Shown here piece by piece: positions 20,852-29,467 of a stretch of 64,000 nucleotides of DNA (positions are counted from its first letter, which is position 1; the number at the start of each line of letters is the position of its first letter). Source of the DNA: an uncultured bacterium. Lineage in GTDB: Bacteria > Chloroflexota > UBA5177 > JANWHV01. Location: assembly GCA_963729625.1 (NCBI GenBank), contig CAVSOU010000010.1:128001-192000 (forward strand), given 5' to 3'. The notes below the pieces were generated by a model. It ran no database searches. It had not been told where the DNA came from and saw only the letters and a list, made by a program, of their open reading frames with translations. A program made the position numbers and the translations under genes.

Positions 20852-21310
20852 ATGGTAAAGGTCGTATTGAACAAGGACGTGGCAAATCTGGGCAAGGCGG
20901 GAGAAGTCAAGGATGTCTCTCCTGGCTACATGCGCAACTTTCTCATTCCGCAGGGCCTCGCGGTGCTTGCCACGTCCGGCGCGCTGAAGTCGCTGGAAAC
21001 GCGGCGGTCGCAAATTATCAAGGCGCACGAAAAGGCGCGTTCCGATGCGCAATCGCTGGCCTCACGTCTCGCTGACGTCTCGCTCGTGTTCCAGGTACGA
21101 GTAGGCGAGCAGAACCGTCTCTACGGATCGATCACGAGCAAAGATATCGCGGATGAGTTGGCGCGCGCTGCCGAGATCACCGTTGATCGACGTGATATCG
21201 AGCTACCGGAGGCACTCAAGACCCTGGGCAACTACAGCGTACCGGTGCGATTGGGCCACGACGTTAAGGCTTCCATCAACGTTACGCTGCAGGAGGCGGC
21301 CTCCGCTTGA
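20852..21310 (+). CDS. rplI: 50S ribosomal protein L9
   Basis: DVANLGKAGEVKDVSPGYMRNFLIPQGLA and RLYGSIT. Confidence 0.97.
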   Translation: MVKVVLNKDVANLGKAGEVKDVSPGYMRNFLIPQGLAVLATSGALKSLETRRSQIIKAHEKARSDAQSLASRLADVSLVFQVRVGEQNRLYGSITSKDIADELARAAEITVDRRDIELPEALKTLGNYSVPVRLGHDVKASINVTLQEAASA

Positions 21311-21312
21311 TC

Positions 21313-22656
21313 ATGGAGACACTCGCGGCTGGAGGCGAAGAGCATCTACCGCGCAGTCTAGAAGCTGAACAGGCCGTCTTGGGCAGTCTGCTTCTTGATC
21401 CCGATGCCATCATCGAAGTTACCGCGATTTTGCGACCGGATGACTTCGCGCATGATGCCCATGCAGTTACCTACCGCGTCATGGTCGACCTGTACGAGCA
21501 GCGCCGACCGGTAGACGTTATTACCGTCCTGGAGGAGGTCGAACGCCGCGACCTCCTTCAGCGCGCCGGCGGTAGGGGTTACGTGCTTTCGCTGGTCGAC
21601 GTCGTACCCACTGCCGTCCACGTCGAGCACTACGCGCGGATCGTGGAGCGACTTGCGGTTCTTCGCCGGCTGATACGTGCCGGTGGCCAAATTGTCAGCA
21701 TCGCTCAACGCGACGGCGTCGAGGTCGAGGAGGCGCTGAACGATGCCGAAGAAGTACTGTTTGCCGTGGCCCAGGGCAGGAGCAGCGCCGGCTTTGTGCC
21801 GATTCGCGAGGTGCTTACAACGATCCTCGAGCAGGCCGACTACGTACACGAACACCGCGGAGCCATCCTCGGCACCCCCACCGGTTTCGTCGATCTTGAC
21901 AAGATTCTGGGCGGGTTGCAGCGTTCGGACTTGATCATCGTCGGCGCCCGGCCTGCGCATGGCAAGACCGCTCTGGCCCTTGGCATGTGCCATAATGCTG
22001 CTGTGCGGTTCAAACAGCGGGTTGCCCTTTTTAGCCTGGAAATGTCAAAGGAGCAGCTCGTGCAGCGCTTGTTGTGTATGCAGGGCAGACTCGACAGCGG
22101 GCGCCTGCGGTCCGGCTATATTGACGAGGCAGAGTGGGGCAGGTTGATCGAGGCTGCGGGCGTCCTGTCTGAAACACGCATCTTCATCGACGATTCAGCC
22201 GGGATTACTCCCGCTGAGATGCGCAATCGTGCGCGCAGGTTGCAGGCCGAGCAAGGACTGGACCTCATCGTGGTCGACTACCTGCAGCTGATGTCGGGCC
22301 GAGCGTCCGAGAATCGTGTGCAGGAGATCAGTGGGATCTCTCGCGCTCTCAAGATTCTTGCCCGCGAGCTGAACGTGCCGGTGGTCGCTCTCTCGCAGGT
22401 GTCCCGCGGTGTGGACTCGCGTACTTCGCACGTTCCGCTGCTCTCGGATCTGCGCGAGAGCGGCAGTATCGAGCAGGACGCCGACGTCGTACTATTCCTT
22501 TGCCGTGAAGAAATGTACGATCCCGAGACCGAAAAGCAACACATCGCCGATCTCTATGTGGCCAAACACCGTAACGGGCCGACCGGGCAGCTTTCGCTGT
22601 ACTTTGACAAAGTTCAGACTCGATTCCGGGACCTTGAGGCCCGCGCGCCGCTATGA
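21313..22656 (+). CDS. dnaB: Replicative DNA helicase
   Basis: EAEQAVLG, GARPAHGKT, VVDYLQLM, SDLRESGSIEQDAD, KHRNGPTG; no intein. Confidence 0.97.
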   Translation: METLAAGGEEHLPRSLEAEQAVLGSLLLDPDAIIEVTAILRPDDFAHDAHAVTYRVMVDLYEQRRPVDVITVLEEVERRDLLQRAGGRGYVLSLVDVVPTAVHVEHYARIVERLAVLRRLIRAGGQIVSIAQRDGVEVEEALNDAEEVLFAVAQGRSSAGFVPIREVLTTILEQADYVHEHRGAILGTPTGFVDLDKILGGLQRSDLIIVGARPAHGKTALALGMCHNAAVRFKQRVALFSLEMSKEQLVQRLLCMQGRLDSGRLRSGYIDEAEWGRLIEAAGVLSETRIFIDDSAGITPAEMRNRARRLQAEQGLDLIVVDYLQLMSGRASENRVQEISGISRALKILARELNVPVVALSQVSRGVDSRTSHVPLLSDLRESGSIEQDADVVLFLCREEMYDPETEKQHIADLYVAKHRNGPTGQLSLYFDKVQTRFRDLEARAPL

Positions 22657-23387
22657 GCGGCTTTGCCGGATTTTACCCAAGCAAAGCGGCGAACACGCCG
22701 GTACCGGATGCGTTCTTCAGCATACTGCTTCCCGAGATCGATTCCCTGGTCGAGCTGAAGGTGACTCTGCATCTGTTTTGGCTGCTCGCCCGTCGAACCG
22801 GCCTGCCAAAGGCCGTGGCGCTCGATGACTTGCAGGCCGATCGCTTACTCCTGAGGTCGCTCAAGCCCTCGCGTGGACCGCGAACTGCCGAGGATTGCCT
22901 TCGTGAGGGTCTCGAGCTTTCGGTGACGCGTGGCACAGTGTTGATGGTGTCGCTCGGCCAAACCGAGAAGGATCTGCGCCGGTGGTATCTCATCAACACA
23001 CCGGCCAGCCGCGATGCCCTCGAGGCGCTACGGCGCGAGGAGATCGACCCTTCCGCTGCCCTCGGCGAGCAGGTGGGGGCCGTCGAGATCGTTCGCATCT
23101 ATCGCCCAAATATCTTTACATTATATGAGCGGAACATCGGCGTGCTGACGCCGCTTATCGCGGACCGACTTCGCGACGCGGAGTTGACCTATCCGCACGA
23201 GTGGATAAGCGACGCCATGAGGCGCGCGGTCGAACAGAACAAGCGCAATTGGGCGTACGTTGCCGCAATTCTCAAGCGGTGGGAGGCTGAGGGGAAGGCC
23301 AGTGGAATCGATCGGCGACATTCTGAAACGCCTGGAGATTCGGAGAAATACACCGGAGGGCGATACGGCCACGTCGTCGAATCGTGA
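22653..23387 (+). CDS. DnaD domain protein
   Basis: NIFTLYERNIGVLTP and AVEQNKRNWAYVAAILKRW DnaD signature. Confidence 0.88.
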   Translation: MSGFAGFYPSKAANTPVPDAFFSILLPEIDSLVELKVTLHLFWLLARRTGLPKAVALDDLQADRLLLRSLKPSRGPRTAEDCLREGLELSVTRGTVLMVSLGQTEKDLRRWYLINTPASRDALEALRREEIDPSAALGEQVGAVEIVRIYRPNIFTLYERNIGVLTPLIADRLRDAELTYPHEWISDAMRRAVEQNKRNWAYVAAILKRWEAEGKASGIDRRHSETPGDSEKYTGGRYGHVVES

Positions 23388-24141
23388 GTCCGCGCCGGTC
23401 TGCGATCGATGTGGAGGCGCTGGCTACCTGCGCCTTGACGTGCCGGTGGACGATCCCGGCTTTGGTACGATCGTGCCGTGCGGCTGCAAGGAGCGCGAGA
23501 TTACCGAGCGTCGGATGCAGCGCCTGCTCGAGAAGTCGAACCTGCGCGCTCTCTCAAGCATGACCTTCGAGTCGTTCCTCGTGGACGCGCCGCAGCGCAA
23601 CGCCTTCAAGCGCGCGCAGCAATATGCAGCCAATCCCGATGGCTGGCTCGTGATCATGGGCGGCTATGGTACAGGCAAGACCCATCTTGCCGCGGCTATC
23701 GGCAACTATCGGCTGGCAATGGGCGCGCCCGCCCTGTTTATGGTCGTTCCGGACCTGCTTGACCACCTGCGCTCGGCGTACGCACCTGGTAGTGAGCTGG
23801 GATATGACGACTTCTTCGAAGGAGTTCGCGAAGCCCCTCTTCTTATCTTGGACGATCTCGGGACCCAGATCAGTACCCAGTGGGCGACGGAGAAGCTCTA
23901 CCAGCTCTTTAATCACCGCTATATCCACCGCCTGCCAACGGTGATCACGACGAACAGCTCGCTCGACGAGATTGGCGGCCGGCTTGCCTCGCGGATGTCG
24001 GACCCCGTGATAAGCACCTGCGTGACGATCGATTCGCGCGACTTCCGAGGCGGTGTTGGCGATTCGGACGAGCCTGGCTCGTCGGCTTCACGGCAAACCC
24101 GGCGCCGGCCACGCGGCATCGAATATACCGACCGCCCCTGA
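23302..24141 (+). CDS. dnaC: DnaC/IstB-like helicase-loader ATPase
   Basis: Zn motif CDRC..CGC, Walker A GGYGTGKTHLA, LILDDLG, VITTN. GTG start at 23302 overlaps the dnaD-domain gene. Confidence 0.88.
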   Translation: MESIGDILKRLEIRRNTPEGDTATSSNRESAPVCDRCGGAGYLRLDVPVDDPGFGTIVPCGCKEREITERRMQRLLEKSNLRALSSMTFESFLVDAPQRNAFKRAQQYAANPDGWLVIMGGYGTGKTHLAAAIGNYRLAMGAPALFMVVPDLLDHLRSAYAPGSELGYDDFFEGVREAPLLILDDLGTQISTQWATEKLYQLFNHRYIHRLPTVITTNSSLDEIGGRLASRMSDPVISTCVTIDSRDFRGGVGDSDEPGSSASRQTRRRPRGIEYTDRP

Positions 24142-24162
24142 CAGTACCGGCTGCGAACGGGT

Positions 24163-24192
24163 TTGACACAGTGGCTTCCCGACCAAGATACT
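24163..24192 (+). promoter_or_regulatory. Candidate sigma70 promoter for the uORF-secDF transcript
   Basis: Perfect TTGACA, 18-nt spacer, GATACT. Confidence 0.5.
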
Positions 24193-24257
24193 AGTGAGGA
24201 CTGGATGAGCAGCCTGCGGCGGCAGCAATCCGCGCGGTTCGAGGTAACTGAAACCTG

Positions 24258-24701
24258 ATGGGTGTGCGTTCCGTACCGTCGATATTGCGCACACTTGCTA
24301 TCTTCGTCGCTTCGCTCCATGCGACTGGCGGTGGCCTTGGCAGTGTGGTCGAAGCCCATGACCTCAGGCACGCGCCGGCGCAGCCCGTCGTACGAACCGA
24401 TGTGGCAGAACCAAGCTCGAGAACCGGCGCAGACGAGATCGCCGGCCAGACGTTACTGTTTGCCACCGCCGAACTGTCCTCACCGTCTCTACCAGGCTCT
24501 GTCGTTCGCCCTTTCGATTCGTCGCCGGTGCTGGCGCCTGGGCGGCGACCGATGGCCAGAGACCCGCGCTCGGCTCATTCCGCACAACAGGAGCCGCTAG
24601 CGCGCCAGGTCCGTGCGACCCAGCCGACTGTCGTTGAGTGGCTGGACATTGTCCTGACTTCAAGTCCAGCGAACGACCCACAGCGTATTCGCGCTCCGTA
24701 G
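24258..24701 (+). CDS. Putative secretion-monitoring translation-arrest peptide upstream of secDF (ends QRIRAP-stop)
   Basis: Signal-peptide-like N-terminus, low-complexity spacer, C-terminal IRAP resembling RAPP/RAGP arrest motifs, position directly before secD, adjacent anti-SD hairpin. Confidence 0.7.
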   Translation: MGVRSVPSILRTLAIFVASLHATGGGLGSVVEAHDLRHAPAQPVVRTDVAEPSSRTGADEIAGQTLLFATAELSSPSLPGSVVRPFDSSPVLAPGRRPMARDPRSAHSAQQEPLARQVRATQPTVVEWLDIVLTSSPANDPQRIRAP

Positions 24702-24703
24702 TC

Positions 24704-24811
24704 CGTCTCCTCCCAGTACGCGATGGCGTCCGGCAGCGTGGCCAGGCTCAATTGCGCCCAAGCTGCTCGGCCGAGTCCATACTCTTCACGTAGCACACTG
24801 AGAGGTAGACG
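24704..24811 (+). promoter_or_regulatory. Stem-loop predicted to sequester the secD Shine-Dalgarno sequence
   Basis: CGTCTCCTCCCAGT (24704-24717) pairs with ACTGAGAGGTAGACG (24797-24811): 13 bp, one mismatch, one bulge, covering GAGG. Confidence 0.7.
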
Positions 24812-24812
24812 C

Positions 24813-26213
24813 ATGCGTCAGCGAGCCCAACTATTCTTGATAGGGATTATCGTCCTGACATTCGCCGCCGTCCTGGTAGACCTTGCCGGCACGGTAGGCA
24901 ACTTTAAGGTTTTCGGTCACGGCACGGCGATCCATCAAGGTCTGGACCTCACAGGCGGCCTGAGCATGGAACTGAAGGCGACCGACCATAAGGCCGCCAC
25001 GAGCGATGCCATGGCAGCCGCGATTGACATCATCACCAAGCGCGTCAACGCCTTTGGCGTGTCCGAGCCGATCGTAACGCAGCTTGGAAGTGACGCGATC
25101 GATGTCGAGATGCCTGGCGTCAGGGATCCGGAGGTCGTGCGCCAGACGATCGGCAGCACTGGCCAGCTCGTTCTCTACGGGATGGGCAGCCTGACCCCAC
25201 TGCAGGACGGCGCCACGTTTCCTTACTCAAACACGACCACGCTCTGTGATGCCAAGAACGCGCCGACTCCGTGCGTGGTCATGAAAGGAAGCGAGCTCGA
25301 TTCGAGCCAGATCGCGAATCAGTTCGATCAGTACGGCCAGCCAATAGTAACATTTGGCGCGAAGGGCGGCGCCGTCGGCCGCCTTGGGACTTACACGACC
25401 GACCACGTCGGGGAATACATGGCGTTTGTCCTCGACGGGAAAGTGGTGACCGATCCCAAGATCCAGTCGGCTATCACCGGCGGGAACGGTGAGATCAACA
25501 ACATCGGCAGCAGTGACACCGCCAAGGCCATTGCCATTCGTCTCAAGTACGGCGCGCTGCCCATCGCCTTCACACCGGAAGCCAGCAGCCAGATCAGCGC
25601 CACGCTGGGATCGCAGTATGTCCATGACAGCATAACCGCCGCCATCGTCGGCATTATCGTGGTTATGTTCTTCATGGTCGCGAATTACAGGCTGCCGGGA
25701 CTCGTTGCCGACATTGCACTGTTGATCTACACGTCATTAGCATTCGCAGTGTTCAAGCTCTGGCCGTTCAGCGGCAGCGGCGCCAGCGGCATCACGCTCA
25801 CGCTGGCCGGAATCGCCGGGTTCATCCTCTCGATTGGTATGGCGGTTGACGCAAACGTGCTCATCTTCGAGCGGCTAAAAGAGGAACTGCGTACGAACAA
25901 GACACTCGGAGCTTCTATCGAAGCCGGGTTCAATCGCGCGTGGACGAGTATTCGGGACTCGAATGTGAGCACGATCATCACCTGCTGCGTGCTGTATTGG
26001 TTTGGCCAGAATTACGGCGCGACCGTGATCGCGGGTTTCGCCACTACGCTCGGCATCGGCGTAGGAGTATCGATGTTCACGGCGATCGTGATCACGCGCA
26101 CGTTCCTGCGCGCACTCGTGCGAAGCAACAGCAGCTATCACCCGAAGTGGTTTGGCGCCGGTCTGGAGAACGTCAGTCCACAGACGCGGCCGACCAAGGG
26201 AGGGCAGGGCTAA
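24813..26213 (+). CDS. secD: Protein translocase subunit SecD
   Basis: GLDLTGG, RVNAFGVSEP, LKYGALP, LSIGMAVDANVLIFERLKEE, DSNVST; GAGG SD before ATG 24813. Confidence 0.97.
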   Translation: MRQRAQLFLIGIIVLTFAAVLVDLAGTVGNFKVFGHGTAIHQGLDLTGGLSMELKATDHKAATSDAMAAAIDIITKRVNAFGVSEPIVTQLGSDAIDVEMPGVRDPEVVRQTIGSTGQLVLYGMGSLTPLQDGATFPYSNTTTLCDAKNAPTPCVVMKGSELDSSQIANQFDQYGQPIVTFGAKGGAVGRLGTYTTDHVGEYMAFVLDGKVVTDPKIQSAITGGNGEINNIGSSDTAKAIAIRLKYGALPIAFTPEASSQISATLGSQYVHDSITAAIVGIIVVMFFMVANYRLPGLVADIALLIYTSLAFAVFKLWPFSGSGASGITLTLAGIAGFILSIGMAVDANVLIFERLKEELRTNKTLGASIEAGFNRAWTSIRDSNVSTIITCCVLYWFGQNYGATVIAGFATTLGIGVGVSMFTAIVITRTFLRALVRSNSSYHPKWFGAGLENVSPQTRPTKGGQG

Positions 26214-26259
26214 TGTTTGTGCAGGCTGCCGGACGCTTCACGGCTGGGGGATCACGCTC

Positions 26260-27306
26260 ATGATTAACATCATCAGGTATCGCTACTGGTATTTCCTGTT
26301 CTCGCTGTTGATCATCGTTCCTGGTTTCGCGTTCTTCCTAGCGGGAGGGCTGAAGCTCGGAATCGACTTTACGGGCGGCACAGAGCTCACGCTGCGGTTC
26401 AGCACGGTCCAGGCCAGCGCACACCTGGAGGATCAGATTCGTAGCGCGGTGATCAGCGGCGCCAAGCTAAGCGAAGCGGAGGTGATTTCGTCGACGCCTC
26501 TCGGCGGCGCAGCAAACAACGGCGCCCACTATCTCGTGCGCATTCCATTCATTGGCGACTCGCCGCAGAAGCTGGCGGCCGTCCTGGCGCCGCTCTATCG
26601 CGAATACGGTTGCGGCTCGCTCGTGAAGACCACGGCTCCCGGGCTTTACAAGGTGCCATTGCCCACCTGCAAGAACTTGGCGCTCGAGCAGGAAACCGAC
26701 GTCGGCGGCGCAATTGGCTCGCAGATTCGTTCGCGCGCCGCGACAGCGGTGGTCATCGCCGCCGCGTTCATCCTGCTGTATATATCCTTTGCCTTCCGCA
26801 AGGTGGCTCACCCGTTCCGCTACGGAACGTGCGCCATCATCGCATTGCTGCACGACGTTCTGGTGGTCATGGGGCTTTTCGCAATCTTTGGCAGGGCGCT
26901 CGGCGTGACCGTGGACTCGTTGTTTGTCACGGCCGTGCTCACCGTTATCGGTTTCTCGGTGCACGATACAATCGTTATCTTCGACCGAATTCGTGAGAAT
27001 ATGGCGCGCCGTATCGGCGAGCCCTTCGAGCTTGTCGTCAACAACGCCATCCTTCAGTCGATGGCACGCTCGTTGAACACGTCGCTGACCGTGCTGATGA
27101 CACTGACCGCGCTCTTGCTGTTCAGTGGGGCCAGTATCCGGATTTTCGTCGTGACGCTTCTTATAGGAATTACAAGTGGGACATATAGCTCGATCTTCAA
27201 TGCGAGCCCACTCTTAGTAGTGTGGGAGAACGACGAGCTAGGGATAGGCAAGTTTCTTCAGCGGTTCAGGAGGAGCAAGACCGGGCGGCCGGCTACCGCG
27301 CGTTAA
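26260..27306 (+). CDS. secF: Protein translocase subunit SecF
   Basis: LGIDFTGG, ALLHD, IGFSVHDTIVIFDRIREN, RSLNTS, GTYSSIF. Confidence 0.97.
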   Translation: MINIIRYRYWYFLFSLLIIVPGFAFFLAGGLKLGIDFTGGTELTLRFSTVQASAHLEDQIRSAVISGAKLSEAEVISSTPLGGAANNGAHYLVRIPFIGDSPQKLAAVLAPLYREYGCGSLVKTTAPGLYKVPLPTCKNLALEQETDVGGAIGSQIRSRAATAVVIAAAFILLYISFAFRKVAHPFRYGTCAIIALLHDVLVVMGLFAIFGRALGVTVDSLFVTAVLTVIGFSVHDTIVIFDRIRENMARRIGEPFELVVNNAILQSMARSLNTSLTVLMTLTALLLFSGASIRIFVVTLLIGITSGTYSSIFNASPLLVVWENDELGIGKFLQRFRRSKTGRPATAR

Positions 27307-27332
27307 CCGACAATTCGGTATTGGCGAGGATG

Positions 27333-27365
27333 GGGAGTGCTGCCGACGCTCCTGTCGGCACTCCC
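27333..27365. terminator. Hairpin between convergent secF and xseB, possible terminator
   Basis: GGGAG-tgc-TGCCGAC / GTCGGCA-CTCCC stem; weak U tract. Confidence 0.5.
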
Positions 27366-27405
27366 TGTTAGCTCTGGAGATCTGCGCCTCAGGCAGGCAG
27401 GTGGC

Positions 27406-27651
27406 TCATTGACTGTTGCCGCCGTTCTCCGGCTGCTGAGGGCTCGGCGGTGAGCCGTTCGGCGCAGAGATGCTGATGCGCAACTCAGCCTTCGTCAACA
27501 GTGCGTCGCAGTGGCCTGCCAGGGCAATGCCCCGCTCGTACAGTGCAAGAGCTTGGTCGAGACTGAGGTCGTCTCCGCGCAGCTTCTCAACCGTGCTCTG
27601 GAGCTCTCCGAGCGCCTGTTCGAACGTGAGCTGGGCCGTATCGTCGTTCAT
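27406..27651 (-). CDS. xseB: Exodeoxyribonuclease VII small subunit
   Basis: TFEQALGELQSTVEKL..LSLDQALALYERG..C..L..AE. Confidence 0.95.
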   Translation of the reverse strand: MNDDTAQLTFEQALGELQSTVEKLRGDDLSLDQALALYERGIALAGHCDALLTKAELRISISAPNGSPPSPQQPENGGNSQ

Positions 27652-27666
27652 TGGCCGTTCAACCTC

Positions 27667-28935
27667 TCATCCTGCAGACCTGGTTTCACCTGAGCGCCAC
27701 ACGTCGTCAACGGTCGCCGCAACCGTGCCGTCCCGCAGACGGATGCGTATCTGGTCTCCGATGTCGAGCCCCGCGGCGTGGCGCACGATAGCGCCAGTCG
27801 AATCGGTGATCAGCGCATAGCCACGCTCGAGGGCGACGGTCGGATGAAGAAGGGCCAGCTCACCTTGCCGGCTCAGCAGGCGTTCCCGCTTGATCTGCAC
27901 GTGTCGAGTGGCCCGTTCGGTGAGGGCACGGACAAGGTCGTCGAGGTGCTGGTGCCACTGCACGATGCTTCGCCACGGACTGCGCTGCAGCAGCTCACGG
28001 TGCAGTGTATCCACCGAGCGGCGCGCTCTGGTCAACCGGTCGCCGAGCGCAGACAACATTTCCACGCCGTACGCCTCGACCTGCGAAAGTAGAATCTCTC
28101 GATCAGGGACGACTGCCACGGCCGCTGCCGTTGGCGTAGGCGCGCGCAGATCGGCTACGAAGTCCGCCACTGTGAAGTCGGTTTCGTGGCCAATCCCGGT
28201 AACCACGGGTACGGACGCACCGGCGATCGCGCGAGCTACCGCTTCGTCGTTAAATGCCCAAAGGTCCTCCACGGACCCCCCGCCCCTAGCGACGATGATC
28301 ACATCGATATCGCCGCGGTGCGACAGATGCTCGATCGCCGCAACTATCTGTTGGGGTGCTTCGACCCCCTGAACGAGCGACGGCGACAGGATTATCTCAA
28401 CTGCAGGGAAACGCTCGCCGATGACGCGGCAGATGTCCTGAAACGCAGCAGCTTGAACTGACGTGACCACGCCAATCCGGCGCGGAACTACAGGAATCGG
28501 CCGTTTCCGCGCGTCCTCAAACAACCCCTCTGCCCGGAGTTTCGCGCAGAGCTCCTCGAACCGCTGCTGAAGAATACCGAGCCCGGCGGATTGCAGGTGA
28601 TCGACGTAGAGTTGCACCGATCCCTGGACCTCGTAGATTCCGATTCGACCGTGGGTCAGAACTTGGTCACCGTTCTTGAGCGCTCTCAGAACAGCCTTTT
28701 GCACGCCGCTGTTGCGAAACGCGACCGCCCTGAGCTGGCATTCCTCGTCTTTCAGCGTGAAGTACGTGTGGCCTGCCGTTGAATGGCTGAGATTCGAGAC
28801 TTCGCCCTGCACCCAGAGACCGCTGAGAACCACGTCGTCGGCGAGCACGTCCCCCATGTAACGCACAACCTCGCCGACCGTGAAGACGCCGTCCACTTCG
28901 GCTCCTCGAACGAACCCGGCTGCGGATCCCTGCAT
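27667..28935 (-). CDS. xseA: Exodeoxyribonuclease VII large subunit
   Basis: WVQGEVSN, GHTYFTLKD, ARGGGSVEDLWAFN, GIGHETD, APTPTAAA. Confidence 0.96.
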   Translation of the reverse strand: MQGSAAGFVRGAEVDGVFTVGEVVRYMGDVLADDVVLSGLWVQGEVSNLSHSTAGHTYFTLKDEECQLRAVAFRNSGVQKAVLRALKNGDQVLTHGRIGIYEVQGSVQLYVDHLQSAGLGILQQRFEELCAKLRAEGLFEDARKRPIPVVPRRIGVVTSVQAAAFQDICRVIGERFPAVEIILSPSLVQGVEAPQQIVAAIEHLSHRGDIDVIIVARGGGSVEDLWAFNDEAVARAIAGASVPVVTGIGHETDFTVADFVADLRAPTPTAAAVAVVPDREILLSQVEAYGVEMLSALGDRLTRARRSVDTLHRELLQRSPWRSIVQWHQHLDDLVRALTERATRHVQIKRERLLSRQGELALLHPTVALERGYALITDSTGAIVRHAAGLDIGDQIRIRLRDGTVAATVDDVWRSGETRSAG

Positions 28936-29014
28936 CAGATGACCTCGCTCCGCACGTACGCGACCTTCGCGGCAACCAGAACACTGCGAATGGCTAACAG
29001 TGCGTCAGAGTAAC

Positions 29015-29467
29015 TCACCCTATCTCGACGAGCGGCTGGCCGAACTCCACGGCCGTACGATCTTGCACGAGGAATCGAAGCAGCATTCCTACCCGGTCGG
29101 ACCGGACTTCGTGTTGCAGCTGCATGGCCGCAATGACGCCGAGGAGGGTGCCTTCTTCGACCGGCTGCCCCTCCTCAACGTAGGACGGCGCTCCTGACTC
29201 CCCGGCGCGATGGAACACGCCTACCCACTGCGAGAGCAAGGCATAGGGGCCGCTCACCTCATCCGGCGTGGCTTCGGCTGCTCTCCGCCGCACCGCCCCG
29301 TCTGTCGCCAGGTCGAGCTTCAGTCGCACTGACCAGGATCCGTCTGCGACCTCGATCTCTTCCACGCCTGCCTGAAAGCACAGATCTGCCAATGCACGAA
29401 TGCCGGCCGCCGACGGAGTGGTCTCGTCGCTCTTCGCGGTATGCACACGATCCGCCATCGTAACCAC
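29015..29467 (-). CDS. BCCP/AccB-like biotinyl-domain protein lacking the biotin-accepting lysine
   Basis: SQWVGVFHR..YVEEGQPVEEG..LGVIAAMQLQHEV..VEFGQPL aligns with BCCP, but EAMK is replaced by AAMQ; follows efp. Confidence 0.8.
   Translation of the reverse strand: MVTMADRVHTAKSDETTPSAAGIRALADLCFQAGVEEIEVADGSWSVRLKLDLATDGAVRRRAAEATPDEVSGPYALLSQWVGVFHRAGESGAPSYVEEGQPVEEGTLLGVIAAMQLQHEVRSDRVGMLLRFLVQDRTAVEFGQPLVEIG

Noticed and set aside
23302-24141. IstB-like ATPase as an IS21 element
   Set aside because: No IstA transposase or terminal inverted repeats; the gene is embedded in the dnaB-dnaD block.
24723-24812. Longer secD start (ATG 24723) from the ORF track
   Set aside because: No SD, and the extension is not SecD-like. 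ATG 24813 has a GAGG SD and leads directly into TM1.
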